From: the human T2T-CHM13v2.0 reference genome, Homo sapiens | Assembly: GCF_009914755.1 (NCBI RefSeq) | Contig: NC_060937.1 | Length of the DNA stretch: 64,000 bases | Reading direction: 5' to 3' (one strand) | Shown here: positions 43,561 through 57,975 of the stretch, one piece after another | How the letters are laid out: every line of letters starts with the position of its first letter | Position numbering within the stretch: the first letter of the stretch is position 1 | The notes under the pieces: generated by a model | Database searches by the model: none | Told to the model about the DNA's origin: nothing | The model's input: the letters and a program-made list of their open reading frames with translations, nothing else | Program-made: the position numbers and the translations under genes

Positions 43561-46500
43561 TGTAGGAAACACTAATTAAGAGCACAGGGAATGCAAGTTG
43601 ATGTCCTTATTCTGTTTAAGTTGAAAGTAGGATCTCTCTTAAACCAGTCAGAGCAAAGGCTAACGGAAGATGTCTAGATAGAAACTGGGTTGTATCTTAG
43701 GTTTACCGCTGAAACCATACACTTAACATTTGTGTTCACTACAGTTAAATGCATTACTATTAATGCATTATTATTAAATGTGTGGCTCTGAAAAAGTAAG
43801 GTCAACCCTAAAAATCAAAAGAAGCAAAAAATGTTCCTGTATGAAGTTAGTATCTAATGGGGTCTTCAAGTTGATGTCACTCTTCTTGCATTAAAAAATA
43901 TAAAAACAATCAATTAAACAACTAAATGCATGGGATTAGCAACTCTACATGTTTCTTCATGGTAACATTGTATTACTGTGCAGAGCTTCACAATTTTATT
44001 CATTTTTGCTGCCATTTTTAGGGGGAAAAAGCCAACAAAATAAATTAGCAAAAATTGTTGAGATTTTCCCAGTTAGCTGTAATTTGTATTAGTCCTGTGT
44101 ATGTGTGGGTGTGAGTAAGCGTGTGTGTGGTCTTTAAGAAAATGACAACCTCTGGAAGTGACTTAATGGAAGAAATTTCTTTTTGTATTTGATCCTTCTA
44201 TAGCTGTCACTGTTTATATCTTTAAAAAAAAGACACATTTTCTTGTTTAAACTAGGAGGAATCAATTTATTTAGAATGCTGGAAAATCTTTATGCTAAAC
44301 AATTAAGGAATCTCGTTTATGTGATAGATGTTCCTCAGCATATTTTTGGTAGCAGCCCAAAAACAGCTTCAGTTCCATTTATCATGGGAAAGGTAGCGTT
44401 GCCTTGGTGAATGACACACTTATTGCTTTAAGTAAAAATGGGCCTTTTCTCAGCCCCATAGTGTCAACGGGAGTTTTAAGCATTGCAAAACAGAAACTTC
44501 ATAGACATGTGTTATAATGCTTAAGTTTGAAATTTAACCCTGTTTGCAGGGACTGGCTGTATTGCTCCAAGATTTCAGATATATTTAAACTCCTCAAGGA
44601 CTCGGTCATTTGCTCATTGATTCTCAACCTTTCTGTGCTCCCTCAGCTCTCAGTGCGCCCCTCAATTGTGATTCAGCCCACATCCCTGCATTGAGCCTGA
44701 CATTAGGAAATGGAGGGATTGCACAGGCACAGTGACCACCACCAGGCAACGCCAAGCTGAGCAGGGCAGGCAGCAAAAGCACATCAAGAACACTGTCTTA
44801 GGCTCGCCAGGCAAATGGAAGATTTGGAGACATCCCATCTGCCCTAGATAAACTTTTGCATAACAAATGGTGCCAAGATACTGGGGCCATGAAAGGTCTG
44901 TAAAACAGGATCAGTCTGAGCATTCAAGGAAAGGGGATTCTTAGGAACTACCATGAGTTCACCTAGCTCCCTTCATCAACTTCTTTTTCCAGATCTATTT
45001 GGAAATTAGTGATTGAGAGTGAAGCCCGCCACCTCTGGGCCCATGCAGTTGTGTGTTGTGGATCCATTGGCTGTGTGTGAGCAGGAACAGATGGGGTCAA
45101 CCAGTGCCATGAAGCAAATAAGAACAAAGGAGAAACTTACAGAGTAAGAAATTGAGGAAGCTCTGGGACATGAAATAGCTTGCCCACAATTCTCATGGCT
45201 AGTTGGTGCATAGCAGAGATTACATCCATAGGTATGACTCTCAAGCAATTATAAATATCTAATATGGCATAATATGATGACTAACTCTCCCTGCCATCTC
45301 AGAGTGACAACATCTTATTGCCACACTTCTTGGCTTAATCTTAAGACTTCCAGCTCTCTCTCCCACCCCCCGGTTCACCCTGTCTCTCTCCACTCCTGTT
45401 TCTTGCTGCTCATCTATACTTTCTGGCCAACTTGTCACTAGCTCACCTTGCTTCCCCAGCTGATCTGGGGACTGCTGTGCCCCAAAATGTGAACATACAC
45501 AGCACTTCTTCTCTCATCTCCCTCATTTCTCCAAACACTTACTGCAAACACATAGTCAGGTCATGAAAGCACCAAACTTTGTCTGAAGGATTTAGCACAA
45601 TATCAGTGCTGGACACAAAACAGAAGGTAAATAAAAATAACGTTAACAAATGTAGGTATGATGGAAAGACGCTGTGTATATATTTGACAACTTATAATTG
45701 GGTGTCAGACCTCACTGGCCTGACAGTTCATTTGCTGCTTCCTGCTGCAGGGAATATCATAATGATCTTCGTCCTCCACAGGTCCCAGCTGGCTACGGTG
45801 TAGCTGATCTCTCCAGAGACCTTTCTCTCTATTTTATCACCTCTCTTCTCTGAGTTCAGCCTTCCTCAAATTCTCCTTCCTTCTTGAGCTGTTAAGAAAA
45901 AACAGAAATTTCTTATTATTTAATTTGTAGAATAATTTTGCTTTTTTGTCTCTGTCTTCCCACTTTAGACTACCCTTGGGCCCCACCTGTTATCACCAAA
46001 AATGTTGTTCACGTGTTTTCCCTAAAAAAAAAATTTTAAGTCTCTACAATTTGTAATACAAACACAGTTCCTTCTTGTTCTTGTATTACAAATTTTAAAT
46101 TCCTTTAAAATTACAATGTTTTTATGGCTTTACATATATTAGATTAAAAATCTCAGAATAATTATATTAACATTTCCTCCAACAATTACTGAAAACAGTT
46201 TAAGTGATTTTTTGCAGGGAATTTTTTTCCTTGGGGTATATCCCTCTGGGGTTACACAATCATTTACGTTTTTTAAAATCACTTAGAACAACTTTTCTCT
46301 GTGTGGTTTTGTCACCAAGTGGATAAATGGGTAAGGTCATTTATGGAATTTTACTTTCAATTCTAACTAATTCCTTTTTAATTTATTTAAAATTTTTAAT
46401 AGACTATTTACAAGCTTCCAAAGTAAAATCTGCAATGTGTGGTATGCATCCTTTTTCTCCTCTTGTTCCTCTCAAATCAATCTGGACCTGGCATTCATAA

Positions 46501-46763
46501 TGGTCTTTGCAAAATGCAGATCCTGGGACCCTTCCCCCTTCCTGCTTGCAAACATTCACTCACTGCTCCAAACACTTTAGCATGGTTGACTGGGCTGTGC
46601 GTGAGCAAGCCCTTACCTCCCTCTCCAGCTCCTTCTCCATCCTTACTCTTGATGCTCCACTTAAAACTGAATTCAGTCAGAGGCTTGAAAGTATCAGGCC
46701 TTTCTTTTGCTTCAGCTTTTGCCAATTTCACTCCCTTTGTCTGAAGCACTCCCATTGCTCACA

Positions 46764-46947
46764 TACTGTGTGGGTTTACCCCCATTGTTGCTTTTGTTCA
46801 GGCATGTGGTTGTGGCTAATCTGCCTTATGGAACAGGAACTGCCCCTTCTTGAATGCCCAAGCTCTCTGCCTCACACTGGGAGAAGATCTTCTCCACATG
46901 CAGACAACCTTTATAATAATTAAGGAAATATGTCATTTGAGCAACAA
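46764..46947 (+). repeat. Copy A of a ~185-bp dispersed direct duplication
   Basis: Aligns by eye to 47999-48185. Confidence 0.9.
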
Positions 46948-47339
46948 ATGTACAGGTGTCAGCCTGTACTCCATGGTGCCAGCTATAGCCGCTCCAGAAG
47001 GATTCTCTGTGGATCAAGGTCCTCTTCCATGCACCCATGACACTCCACATACATGACATTCAACACACTGTCATATACATGCCTACTAATGTGTCTGCAT
47101 CCTGCACTGAAATGTACGCTCTGCGAGGAGACAGACTTTTTCTATTTGATTCACCATTTTATCCCCAGACAGAAGAACTTGTCTGACTCTAGGGCCTCCA
47201 CCACCCTATATAGTTTCTTTGTGAGCAGCTGAGTGCTCTTCTGCAGTCTACACACTGCACAGTCATACACAGCAGCCCTGCCTGGCATAAAGTATTTTCT
47301 CATTAAATATATATCGAGTTAATTAATCCTTGATTTTGA

Positions 47340-47821
<482 letters not shown>

Positions 47822-47998
47822 ATGCACTTTTTATTTGAAAGCTGGCTTCTTCTATTTTCAGTTCTTTGAAGGAATAGTGGATGGTATAGGAGAGGATGCA
47901 GCTGGAACCATTACTATTTGTTCAGCAGAGACAGCAGGCCCTGTACTTCGCCTACTTCAAAGCTTGGGAGAATTTGGAAGCAGAAAGTTCACAATCGC

Positions 47999-48185
47999 TA
48001 CTGTGTGGTTTTACCCTCATTATTCCTTTTGTACGTGCATATGGTTGCAGCTAATCTGCCTTGTGGAACAGGACCGACCCCTTCTCCTTGAATGCCCAAG
48101 CGGTCTGCCTCACACTGCAAGAAGACCCTCTCCACATGAAGAGAAGCTTCAGAGTAATCAAGGAAATACATCATTTGAGCACCAA
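47999..48185 (+). repeat. Copy B of the ~185-bp dispersed direct duplication
   Basis: Aligns by eye to 46764-46947. Confidence 0.9.
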
Positions 48186-49229
48186 GCCTCCTTTCCTCCA
48201 CATTGTTGAGAGAATTGTCAAAATACCACTGTTGTTATAATTAAGGTTCTTCAAAATACAAAGATATTCATGGAGAATGCTTCCTCCCACATTCCATGTG
48301 TGCTACGATGAGAGCCTGATGTCCCCTTCATAGCCTGCATTCTAAAGACAGGGCAGCTACTCTGTCAGCCCCTAGCTGGGCCCTTTTTAGGCCCTCTCTA
48401 AAAGTCTTCAAATCTGGAAATATTGCACTGATAAAGTATTTTTAGAACTGTGCTTTTTGTTTTTCTGCTTAAAGAACAGGGAGAACACATCTAAGTGTTA
48501 TAGGAGGAGGATCTGGACATAGATCTATCTCCTCTTCAAGCATTCCTTCCAAGTCTCCTTGTATTGCTTCCTGAAATATTTATATGAGCAAATACCTCAG
48601 CTTATCGTAAGGAAAGTCTGGGATGACATAGTCAAATACACTCATCTGTAAAAGAAGATAAAAACTCGCAATGGGTACAGAGGTGGCCAACTGCTGTTCA
48701 ACATTAGATCTGTTAACAGCAATAAGTAAATATTGGTGAAATCAGTTTTTTTCTTTCACTTCAAGAACTAGGCAAATACATCATCATGGAAATAATTTTC
48801 TAAAGGGCAGATTTAAAGATTTGTGTTGGGAAAGACTAAAGGTGACTCTTTCTCAGGTACCTAAAGCATGGGCAGAGCTCTTAGGCTGTCCAAAAAATTC
48901 ACTTATTTTTTTTCTTCTGCACTTAACAGTTTTACAACCTCACTTTTAAAAAAGCATTTAGCATGATGTATCTGAAATTATTTTTCTATTAGTTTTATAT
49001 GTTTCTATCTTTTCATAGGCTTATTTTTTATCTTTCTAAATGAATATTAATTTTTAATGAACAAATCATGTTTGCCTCACTAGAGTGTAAGCTCTATGGG
49101 GAAAAACCTTTCCCCACTATATTCTCAGCAACAAATACATAGCAGAACATCAATAAATATTTGTTAAATAAATAACTTTTCAGAACCACCTACTATGAGT
49201 AATAATGTCATTAAAATAAAAGTGTTTAC

Positions 49230-49465
49230 TGGGCTTTTATTCTGTGATTGATACATGCTGAGGGTTTTACATAGATTCTTTCATGCAATGTTCACAAAAC
49301 TCTACAAGATAGGGTTGGTCATTATTATAGTTTTACCAGATGAGAAAATAGAGGAGCAGAGAAAAACAGGTGTGAGACAAGTTCCAGACAGGAACCGGCA
49401 GTCTAGTCTGCAACCAAAGGCAATTTAACTCCAGGATCAGTTAAGCCATCACCCTCTACTGCCTT
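49230..49465 (-). mobile_element. MIR SINE
   Basis: TTTTACCAGATGAGAAAATAGAGGAGCAGAGA and flanking MIR motifs. Confidence 0.55.
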
Positions 49466-49561
49466 TGAGGTCAGAGACACAAGGAAGGAAAGTAATCAAT
49501 ATGACAAAAAAAAAAAAGTGGAGTCCATCCCAGAATACTCCAGGGTTTGATTATGTTTATA

Positions 49562-50665
<1,104 letters not shown>

Positions 50666-51482
50666 ATTCTCTCTTTTTCTATGGAAATTAACTTTTATTT
50701 CTATAACATATAAAAGGTATAAATAGGACTTATATAAAACCAATAATTGCACACACAAACGGGAATTATGTGAAATTAGGTTATTTATATATCTCTTTAA
50801 GCCAGAGGGAGGAGGAAGAACAGGATGAGGTCCAGTAGGCCCACCGTTAAGTTCTCCTTAGCTTCTGTGTTCAGTGAAGGTAGCTTGCCAGGCAGTGCCT
50901 CAGGATGACAGTGTGGGGAAGGGGAGTGGAGAGTGTGGGAGGAGTGATGGTGACGAGTTGTGAGGCTTCTGGGCACGGCTGTGCGGGAGGCACTTGAGGG
51001 GAAGCATGACTGAGATGGAAACAGTCTTGTCCACACCCAGCAGGTGGGACTTGTCAGTGGGAGATGAGCCAAGGGTCTTCGCAGCTCCCAGTTGGCTCTC
51101 CTTAACATGCTTATCTAATATGGTGTAGCATAGGCAGGGATGAGAGGTCAGTCCACAGAAGGGACATCAAAGGGAGCAGCCGCCACAGGTGCCTCGCCCA
51201 ATGCTGGCAGTTATGTGCACAAGGGCTGTGGCTGAACGGTGCTGACAGCAGAGCTCACAGAACTCTTGCTTTCTCAAGTTTCAGACACATTCTGGGAAGG
51301 GCAAACTGGTCTATGAGTCACATAATACGCAGAGGGGTGCTGATAATCCAAAAAACTTAGCAAAACACCTTTCGTGCCCATGATCCAGGCTTCAGGGAGC
51401 CAAGAAGAAAGCCCAAAGCCCTGCCTAGGCCTGCAGGGCTCGCGTTCACTGGGAATCCTCCCCAAAGCCTCTCCTGCCACCT

Positions 51483-51810
51483 GTTTTTTTTGTTTTGTTT
51501 TTTGGTTGTTTTTTTTTTTGAGACAAAGTCTCGCTCTGCCCAGGCTGGAGTGCAGTGGCACGATCTCGCCTCACTGCAACCTCCAGCACCGGGGTTCCAG
51601 ACATTCTCGTGCCTCAACCCCGCGAATACCTGGGATGACAGGCGCGCTACTGAACCGGTACATTTTTGTATTGTAGAGCCAAGATTTCGCCACGTTGGCC
51701 AGGCTGGTCTCGACCTCCTGGCCTGGTCTCGACCTCCTGGCCTCAAGCCATCCACCCGCATCTGCTTCCCAAAATGCTGGCATTACAGGTGTGGGCCACC
51801 GCACCCGGAC
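51483..51810 (-). mobile_element. Divergent Alu (J/early S-like) inside the TULP3 retrocopy
   Basis: Alu body with a (CAAAA)n-like tail, a perfect internal 19-bp tandem duplication at 51704-51741, and no TSD. Confidence 0.92.
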
Positions 51811-52303
51811 CATAGTTTTGTTCTGCCATCTTGAGAACAAGCTGCCGTCGTTATTTCGTGGCTGAAATGGGATCTGCTCGTGATTCACCGTCATTCCGGG
51901 AATGATCACAGACATTTTCCTAGGACCTTCAGATCCCACTTCACCTGTTTCACAGGAAACGACAGCCAGCTCCTGCCGTGTGTGAGCCTTCCCTACCAGA
52001 CTCCGGCCATGATGGGGCAGACGCCGCGGTCATAAACTGTAAACTTGGTTCCCCTGAGGTTAGATCTAAGTTTGCCAGTATACCTTTCTCCTTCACGAGA
52101 TAAATCAGTTGGATCAGTGGAGATAAGGCAGTTGGATGATTTGCTCTTTTCCCGCTTTCTAGCTGTAAGAAGAAATGTCTTCTGATTTTCTTCTTTTTCC
52201 AAGTATATACAGTAAGTGGAGCAGGGGCCCCAATCCATTCCTTTTTTTATCCCTGATTATATGACATCTTACTGTGACACTTCAAGGGGCAGGACTATGC
52301 TTA

Positions 52304-52447
52304 AAAGTCCTCCAGGCCCTCCACTTCTCGCAGCCGGTTATGCAGCGGTTGGGCTGCAAAATCGAAAACGGAAGCAAAGTCCTCCAGTTCCTCCACTTCC
52401 CCCAGCTCGTTACCGGCCGGTTGGGCAGCAGCATAGGAACCGGAAGC
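52304..52447. repeat. 2 x 72-bp in-frame tandem duplication within the TULP3 retrocopy
   Basis: Both units start AAAGTCCTCCAG and end CGGAAGC; minus-strand translation ASGSYAAAQPAGNELGEVEELEDF / ASVFDFAAQPLHNRLREVEGLEDF. Confidence 0.9.
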
Positions 52448-53083
52448 ATTTGCATCTGTGGTCGAGTGCAGGCTGGATGTGGAATTGGGTCTTTCTTTTT
52501 CTGAATATGTAGCCTGGGATCTTATTTTCTTTCCTTCTTCTTCCTCGCCATCAGTCTCCTCATCAAAGTTCAGACTATCTGAGATACTATTGTTTTTGGA
52601 AAATCTTCTGAAGATCTGGCTTGGAAGCAGTATCCAAGGTGTTTTCCCCATCAACACTCTCTTCAGCATTTTCTCCCAGAACAGGGGAGCTGACTGAAAG
52701 AACATGAACTTTGGTTTCCAAATCTTGAGCATCTGGCTTCATGACTGCAGCCGGACCATCAATGCCATGAAGACGACATTGCTGTGGGGGGTATGAGAGT
52801 CCATCAAAGGAGTCTGCTCCTCATTGGCCTTTGGCTTCACCCAACTTAGCCTGACTTCTGGATTTGGCTGCACCATGAATGGCTGAAGGTGCTTTTTTCT
52901 CTGCTTCTTCTTAAGCAGTGCTCTCTGATTATCCAGTGCCAGCTGTTAAAGTTTCATCGTCTCATCGTGAAAGACACTGTCCCCACTGGAACCAAGCCGG
53001 CAGCAACTGGCATTCATGCCTGCTGCTGTTTAAGTGGCAGCCATGTCCCCACTCCTAGCCACCCATGGCTCTAAACTACTTTT

Positions 53084-53623
<540 letters not shown>

Positions 53624-53865
53624 TAAAGCACTCTTAATTAATTTTTTACAAATAATAAAATGCTTTCATCCTCAGTGTTTGTGTTTTCAATTATAGTATA
53701 CTAAACATTAATTTTACTATTTTCATTATTTTTAGTACATTTACAAACTTGACAAGAGTAATGATTTCACAAAAAATTTTTAAAAGTTACAGAAAGAATT
53801 TTCACATTGACTATTAAAACCATTTTGCATGGTTTCAGCTTACATCTGCAAAGTAGGGACAACTA
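53624..53865 (+). mobile_element. Tigger13a 3' part
   Basis: ACTCTT..TTTTTTACAAA..AATAAAA...TTTGCATGGTTTCAGCTT...TGCAAAGTAGGGAC continues the recalled consensus from where the 5' part stops at 50665. Confidence 0.82.
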
Positions 53866-55354
53866 GTATTCAAAAGAACTTCATGAGTAAATAGTAAACA
53901 TGTTTGAACTATGAACCACAAGTTTAGATGGTTCAAATTATTGCTATCTTCTTGCAACATATATCAAGGGAAAGGCTTTAAGACTCTAACTAGCTTATAA
54001 GTCCCATGGGAAAAGCTGATTCCATGAGAACAGGAAGGTGCAAGGAGAAAAGGGCTAGCTTTTGAGAAGCAAGAATCTGAATTATATATTGGCTTATCAA
54101 TTCTATAGTCTTGAGCACTCATTCAGTAGCTGAGACTTTAGTCTCATCTGTAAAATTTAGAGTAATACAGATTTTGCAGGATAGTTCTGTGTATGAGAAA
54201 AAATATGCAGGCATGTGTATACATGTGATGTGGCAGAGAGCACTTCAAAAGGCAGCCTGCTGGTTTGGATGACTGTGGACATCCCCATGCAGGGCATGGC
54301 CAGGTCTGCATGGTTAAGGTTAGGCCAATAGCTGGCACTAGCTATGTGGCATCTTGGATTTTCTAATAAAAATTTTAGATATTCCAGAAAATATTTGCAA
54401 ACTCTGCAGTTTCTTTTCACATATACTTGTTTCTCTGATTCCACATTCATAGAAAACCTACCTTAGGTTCTCTGTTTCTCTTTTTGTTTGAGTACAGTAC
54501 AAAAAGAATAAAATTTTAATAACTACTATTATGTGTTAACATATAATGAGGCTATTTCCATGTTCGCACAGATGGTCTCAAATAACTAAAGTTATTACAA
54601 CCAGTTCTCATAAATATGGAGCTTCTCTACTAGTTTCTTCGATCTCTATCAATAAAATATTGTTATTTTGATATGCATTTTTGTAATAAACTTTTATACT
54701 ATGCTAGAAATTTGCTAGAAATGTAAATTAGTTATGTTTCTTCTGCAGGAGAGTCAGAAGAAGGGTTTTTACGTTAAGCATCCTCCTGCCTGGAGTTTGC
54801 ATAAATACATTTGGGTTGGTGGTTTGTTAGCTGGGATCTGAAAGAGAGTTGAGGGATGCCAGAGTTGTCCTTGGAAAGAGTCTTGGCTACTGCTTGTCTC
54901 TCCAGCTTGAGTCTTACTACTTCTCCACACATTTTCCTCTAAACACCCTGAGTTAGGGGTCTATTTTCCTGAAGCTCATTTTTTTCCTCATCTCTGTACC
55001 TTAAAACAATGAAATAGTACAAGAAAGATGTGACGGACCCAACTAAGGTAGTGCCAGAGTGGATGGGGAGCAGGTCTGATTGGGAAAGAGGTTAATGAAC
55101 CAGATCCAAGTGCCCTGGATCCTCATGTAAATTCCTCACCAACATAAGAAGACCTATTGATATCTGCCCCTGTATGCAACTGCCTATCATTTTCTCCCAC
55201 CAGCCATAGGAACCATGAACTTTAGGCACCCTCTACCCCCTGTAATCTGCCACTTGTACTATATTCACCTTTACCTGGTCTATTAGCCTGATATAATTTT
55301 CTCCCCAATTTTGCCTCCTTTTATTCCCAGAGAAAACTTGTTGCTTTATCTGAC

Positions 55355-55721
55355 TCTGGTGGACTATTTGTGCCCCACCCCTCCAAATTCATATGTTAAA
55401 GACTAATGCTCAGTGTGATAGTATTTGAGGGTGGAGCCTTTGGAAGGTATTTGTGTCATGAGAATGGAGCCCTCATGAATGGGATTAGTGTCCTTATATA
55501 AGACACAAGAGAGATGGTCTCCCTCTTGACTATGTGAGGATACAGCAAGAAGGTGGCCATCTACAAACTAGGAAGAGAGCCCTCACTAGACACAGGATCT
55601 GCTGGCACCCTGATCTTGGAAGTCCTGGCCTCCAAAACTGTGAAAAATATAATTTGTTGTTTAACCCACACAGTCTATGGTTTTATTTTTTTCATTATAG
55701 CAGCCCAAATTGACTAAGACA
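55355..55721 (+). mobile_element. MLT1A/MLT1A0 MaLR LTR
   Basis: CAAATTCATATGTTAAAG...GGAGCCCTCATGAATGGGATTAGTG...CTGCTGGCACCCTGATCTTGG...TTATAGCAGCCCAAATTGACTAAGACA. Confidence 0.9.
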
Positions 55722-56439
55722 GTGACCTCCCTTGGTAGAATTAAGCACTTTTGCCAGTTGTTCAAAAAGCCCCTTAAGTATACTTCTGCTAAGATATAAT
55801 ATTTATAAAATATAACATATATATATTATTTTGTTGTTGGCATCAGAGTTACTGTTAGGGAAATAACTGTTTTTATTTAAGAAAATACACTAAAAAACTG
55901 AAGTTAACAAAAAGTAAGGCCTCAAGGGGATGATTTAGCAGGAACACAGAGTTAGATTAAAGAACTGTGTCCCCAGAAAAGCAGTATGGAGCTGGGAGAA
56001 GACACAAGAGAGAGAAGTTGGTAATAAGCTGAAGATATATAAAGAACATGGTGGAAATTACCAGAAGGTAGAAATTGCCAGAATCATTGAGAGATTTAAG
56101 AAGGGAGAAATCTAATATTCAGCTTAATGTCTTCTCCCATATCGTGATGAGACAAAATCCTTTCATGCCATTACTCCAACTTATCCCCAGTGAAAGTCCA
56201 TTTCCTATGGTTGCATCAAGAGAGTGGAATTTTGGGGCATAAAGGAGAAAGATCTGTAGCCTCTGTTTCAGTTGCCATCAAGACAGAGAAAAAGGGACAG
56301 GGATCAAAGAAAACACATAGTAGAGAAAAAGAATTCTGAAGACAGAGGGTCACCGGAGTTGACAAGGAAATTTAGAAAAAGAAATCCAAATCCCATCCTT
56401 CCTTCATTCCACATCCCTGCCTCTACTCCCCACTGTGAA

Positions 56440-56536
56440 CCATGTACAGTGCCAGTAATTTCTCCACCTGTAAATTTAGAGGGATAAACTAGATGGTCCC
56501 TCAGGGCCCCTTATGCTTTAATATTCCATGAATCTA
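56440..56536 (+). mobile_element. MIR3/L3 3'-end relic
   Basis: CACCTGTAAA...GGATAAACTAGATGGTCCCTCAGGGCCCCTT...ATTCCATGAATCTA. Confidence 0.5.
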
Positions 56537-57358
56537 TAAAGCTTTGCACCGAACTAGGGGAAAATATTAAAAGTTGTGTCCTATTGTAGAAAAATGTTTG
56601 GTGATATGCATTAACTTGATTAGGCACAGGAGATGATATAAATAATGACAGTCATTTAACACCTAAGTAAGAAAAAGAAAAAATTAAGCAAAGTATTCCC
56701 ATGGCACCCAAAAATGGCTTGTTTAGATTCTTCTGGTAGCTTTGTAGCATCTGTTCTAAAAATTATGATGTGTTTTGAAATTACTACTTGAGTTTATATA
56801 CAATGTGTGTCAGACATTTATGTAATTATGTTCTTTAAAAAAAAATAGTTCCAGTATCTGTTGGATACAAACATGCTGATATAAGCAAAAATCAATTTCC
56901 CTTTCTCTCCAAACCTGGCAATTTAAAGATAGTTAATATAGGCTGTCAGGCAACAATTAATAATAAAGGATTGATCCAATAAATTGATTAAAATGCAATT
57001 ATGTGGAAGGAAAATATTAAATTATTTCTATTTATCCACCAGAAGCAATTATCTGATTGTGTTTAAGTCAATCCATTTACAAAAAGCTACTACCTGGAAG
57101 AAGAGGAGTAAGTGTGTTGGCTGGGTCTACCCATATAAATGATGGTAGGTCTGTCTGTTTTCCAATGGAGGTAGTAATGCAAGGAGGGAGGGAAAACTGT
57201 TGAAATTTCTAAAATGAGCAGATATTGATGTGACTTAGTCAATTTTCCATTAGTCATATATTAACTTGATGCATACAGAGCCAGTGGTGTACTGTGCAGA
57301 GTTCTGGCTCCAGTGCTTATTGTTTGCATGACCTTAGTTATTACCTGTGCTTCCATTT

Positions 57359-57510
57359 ATTTCTGATATAATATATATACATCATATATATTATATTCTG
57401 ATATGTATATTCTGTATATATATTATGATATATTCTGTATATATATTATATTCTGATATATATACATAGGTGTGTATTATATTCTGAAATATATACATAT
57501 GTGTGTATTA
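57359..57510. repeat. AT-rich degenerate tandem repeat (TATATT/ATATTCTG units)
   Basis: ATTCTG recurs several times among (TA)n runs. Confidence 0.85.
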
Positions 57511-57679
57511 CTTTGGTTAGAAAATTTTGTCAAAAGAAGGGATTTAGAGAAGGTATTAATTATGTAAGAAATAAGCAAGTGTTTTTTGTTGTAATATTGG
57601 GAGGAAAATTAAAGGATTTAGAGGCAATACAACATAATTGTAGAATGGATATAGGCACCTGGGGAAACAGAAAGGACCT

Positions 57680-57915
57680 GCTATGTATTTATTGCCTACT
57701 ATATTCCAGACATTGGAATAGGCCAATTACCTGTGGCAACTCATAGAAACTGTCTAACATTCTAAGCAGTTATTATTATATCCATCTTACAAGTAAAGGG
57801 ATTGAGGGCTGAGGGATGCCAAGTTAATTAGCTAAGACCACAGAGCTGGTAAATGGGTAAGTCATGATCAGACTCAAGTCTGTAGACAACAACCTTATGG
57901 CCTTTGCACTACTGC
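57680..57915 (-). mobile_element. MIR SINE
   Basis: GTATTTATTGCCTACTATATTCCAGACATTG...CCATCTTACAAGTAAAGGGATTGAGG...ACAGAGCTGGTAAATGG. Confidence 0.7.
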
Positions 57916-57975
57916 ATGGCACTTCTGTGATGATAAGACATGGAGCTTGTAGCCACTAAGACTAGATATCTAAAG

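Larger units (their letters stand above)
50666..53071 (-). pseudogene. TULP3P1: Processed pseudogene of TULP3 (TUB-like protein 3)
   Basis: Intronless. ATG at 53017 gives MNASCCRLGSSGDSVFHDETMKL* (TULP3: MEASRCRLSPSGDSVFHEEMMK). Tubby domain [22 protein letters not shown]...[18 protein letters not shown] and [39 protein letters not shown]. Stops and frameshifts present; AATAAA at 50694-50699 and a degenerate A-tail at 50666-50679. The parent gene is secure; the P1 symbol is assumed. Confidence 0.93.

Noticed and set aside
51571-53017. Functional TULP3 retrogene
   Set aside because: Stop at codon 24, further frameshifts and stops, and loss of the tubby C-terminus.
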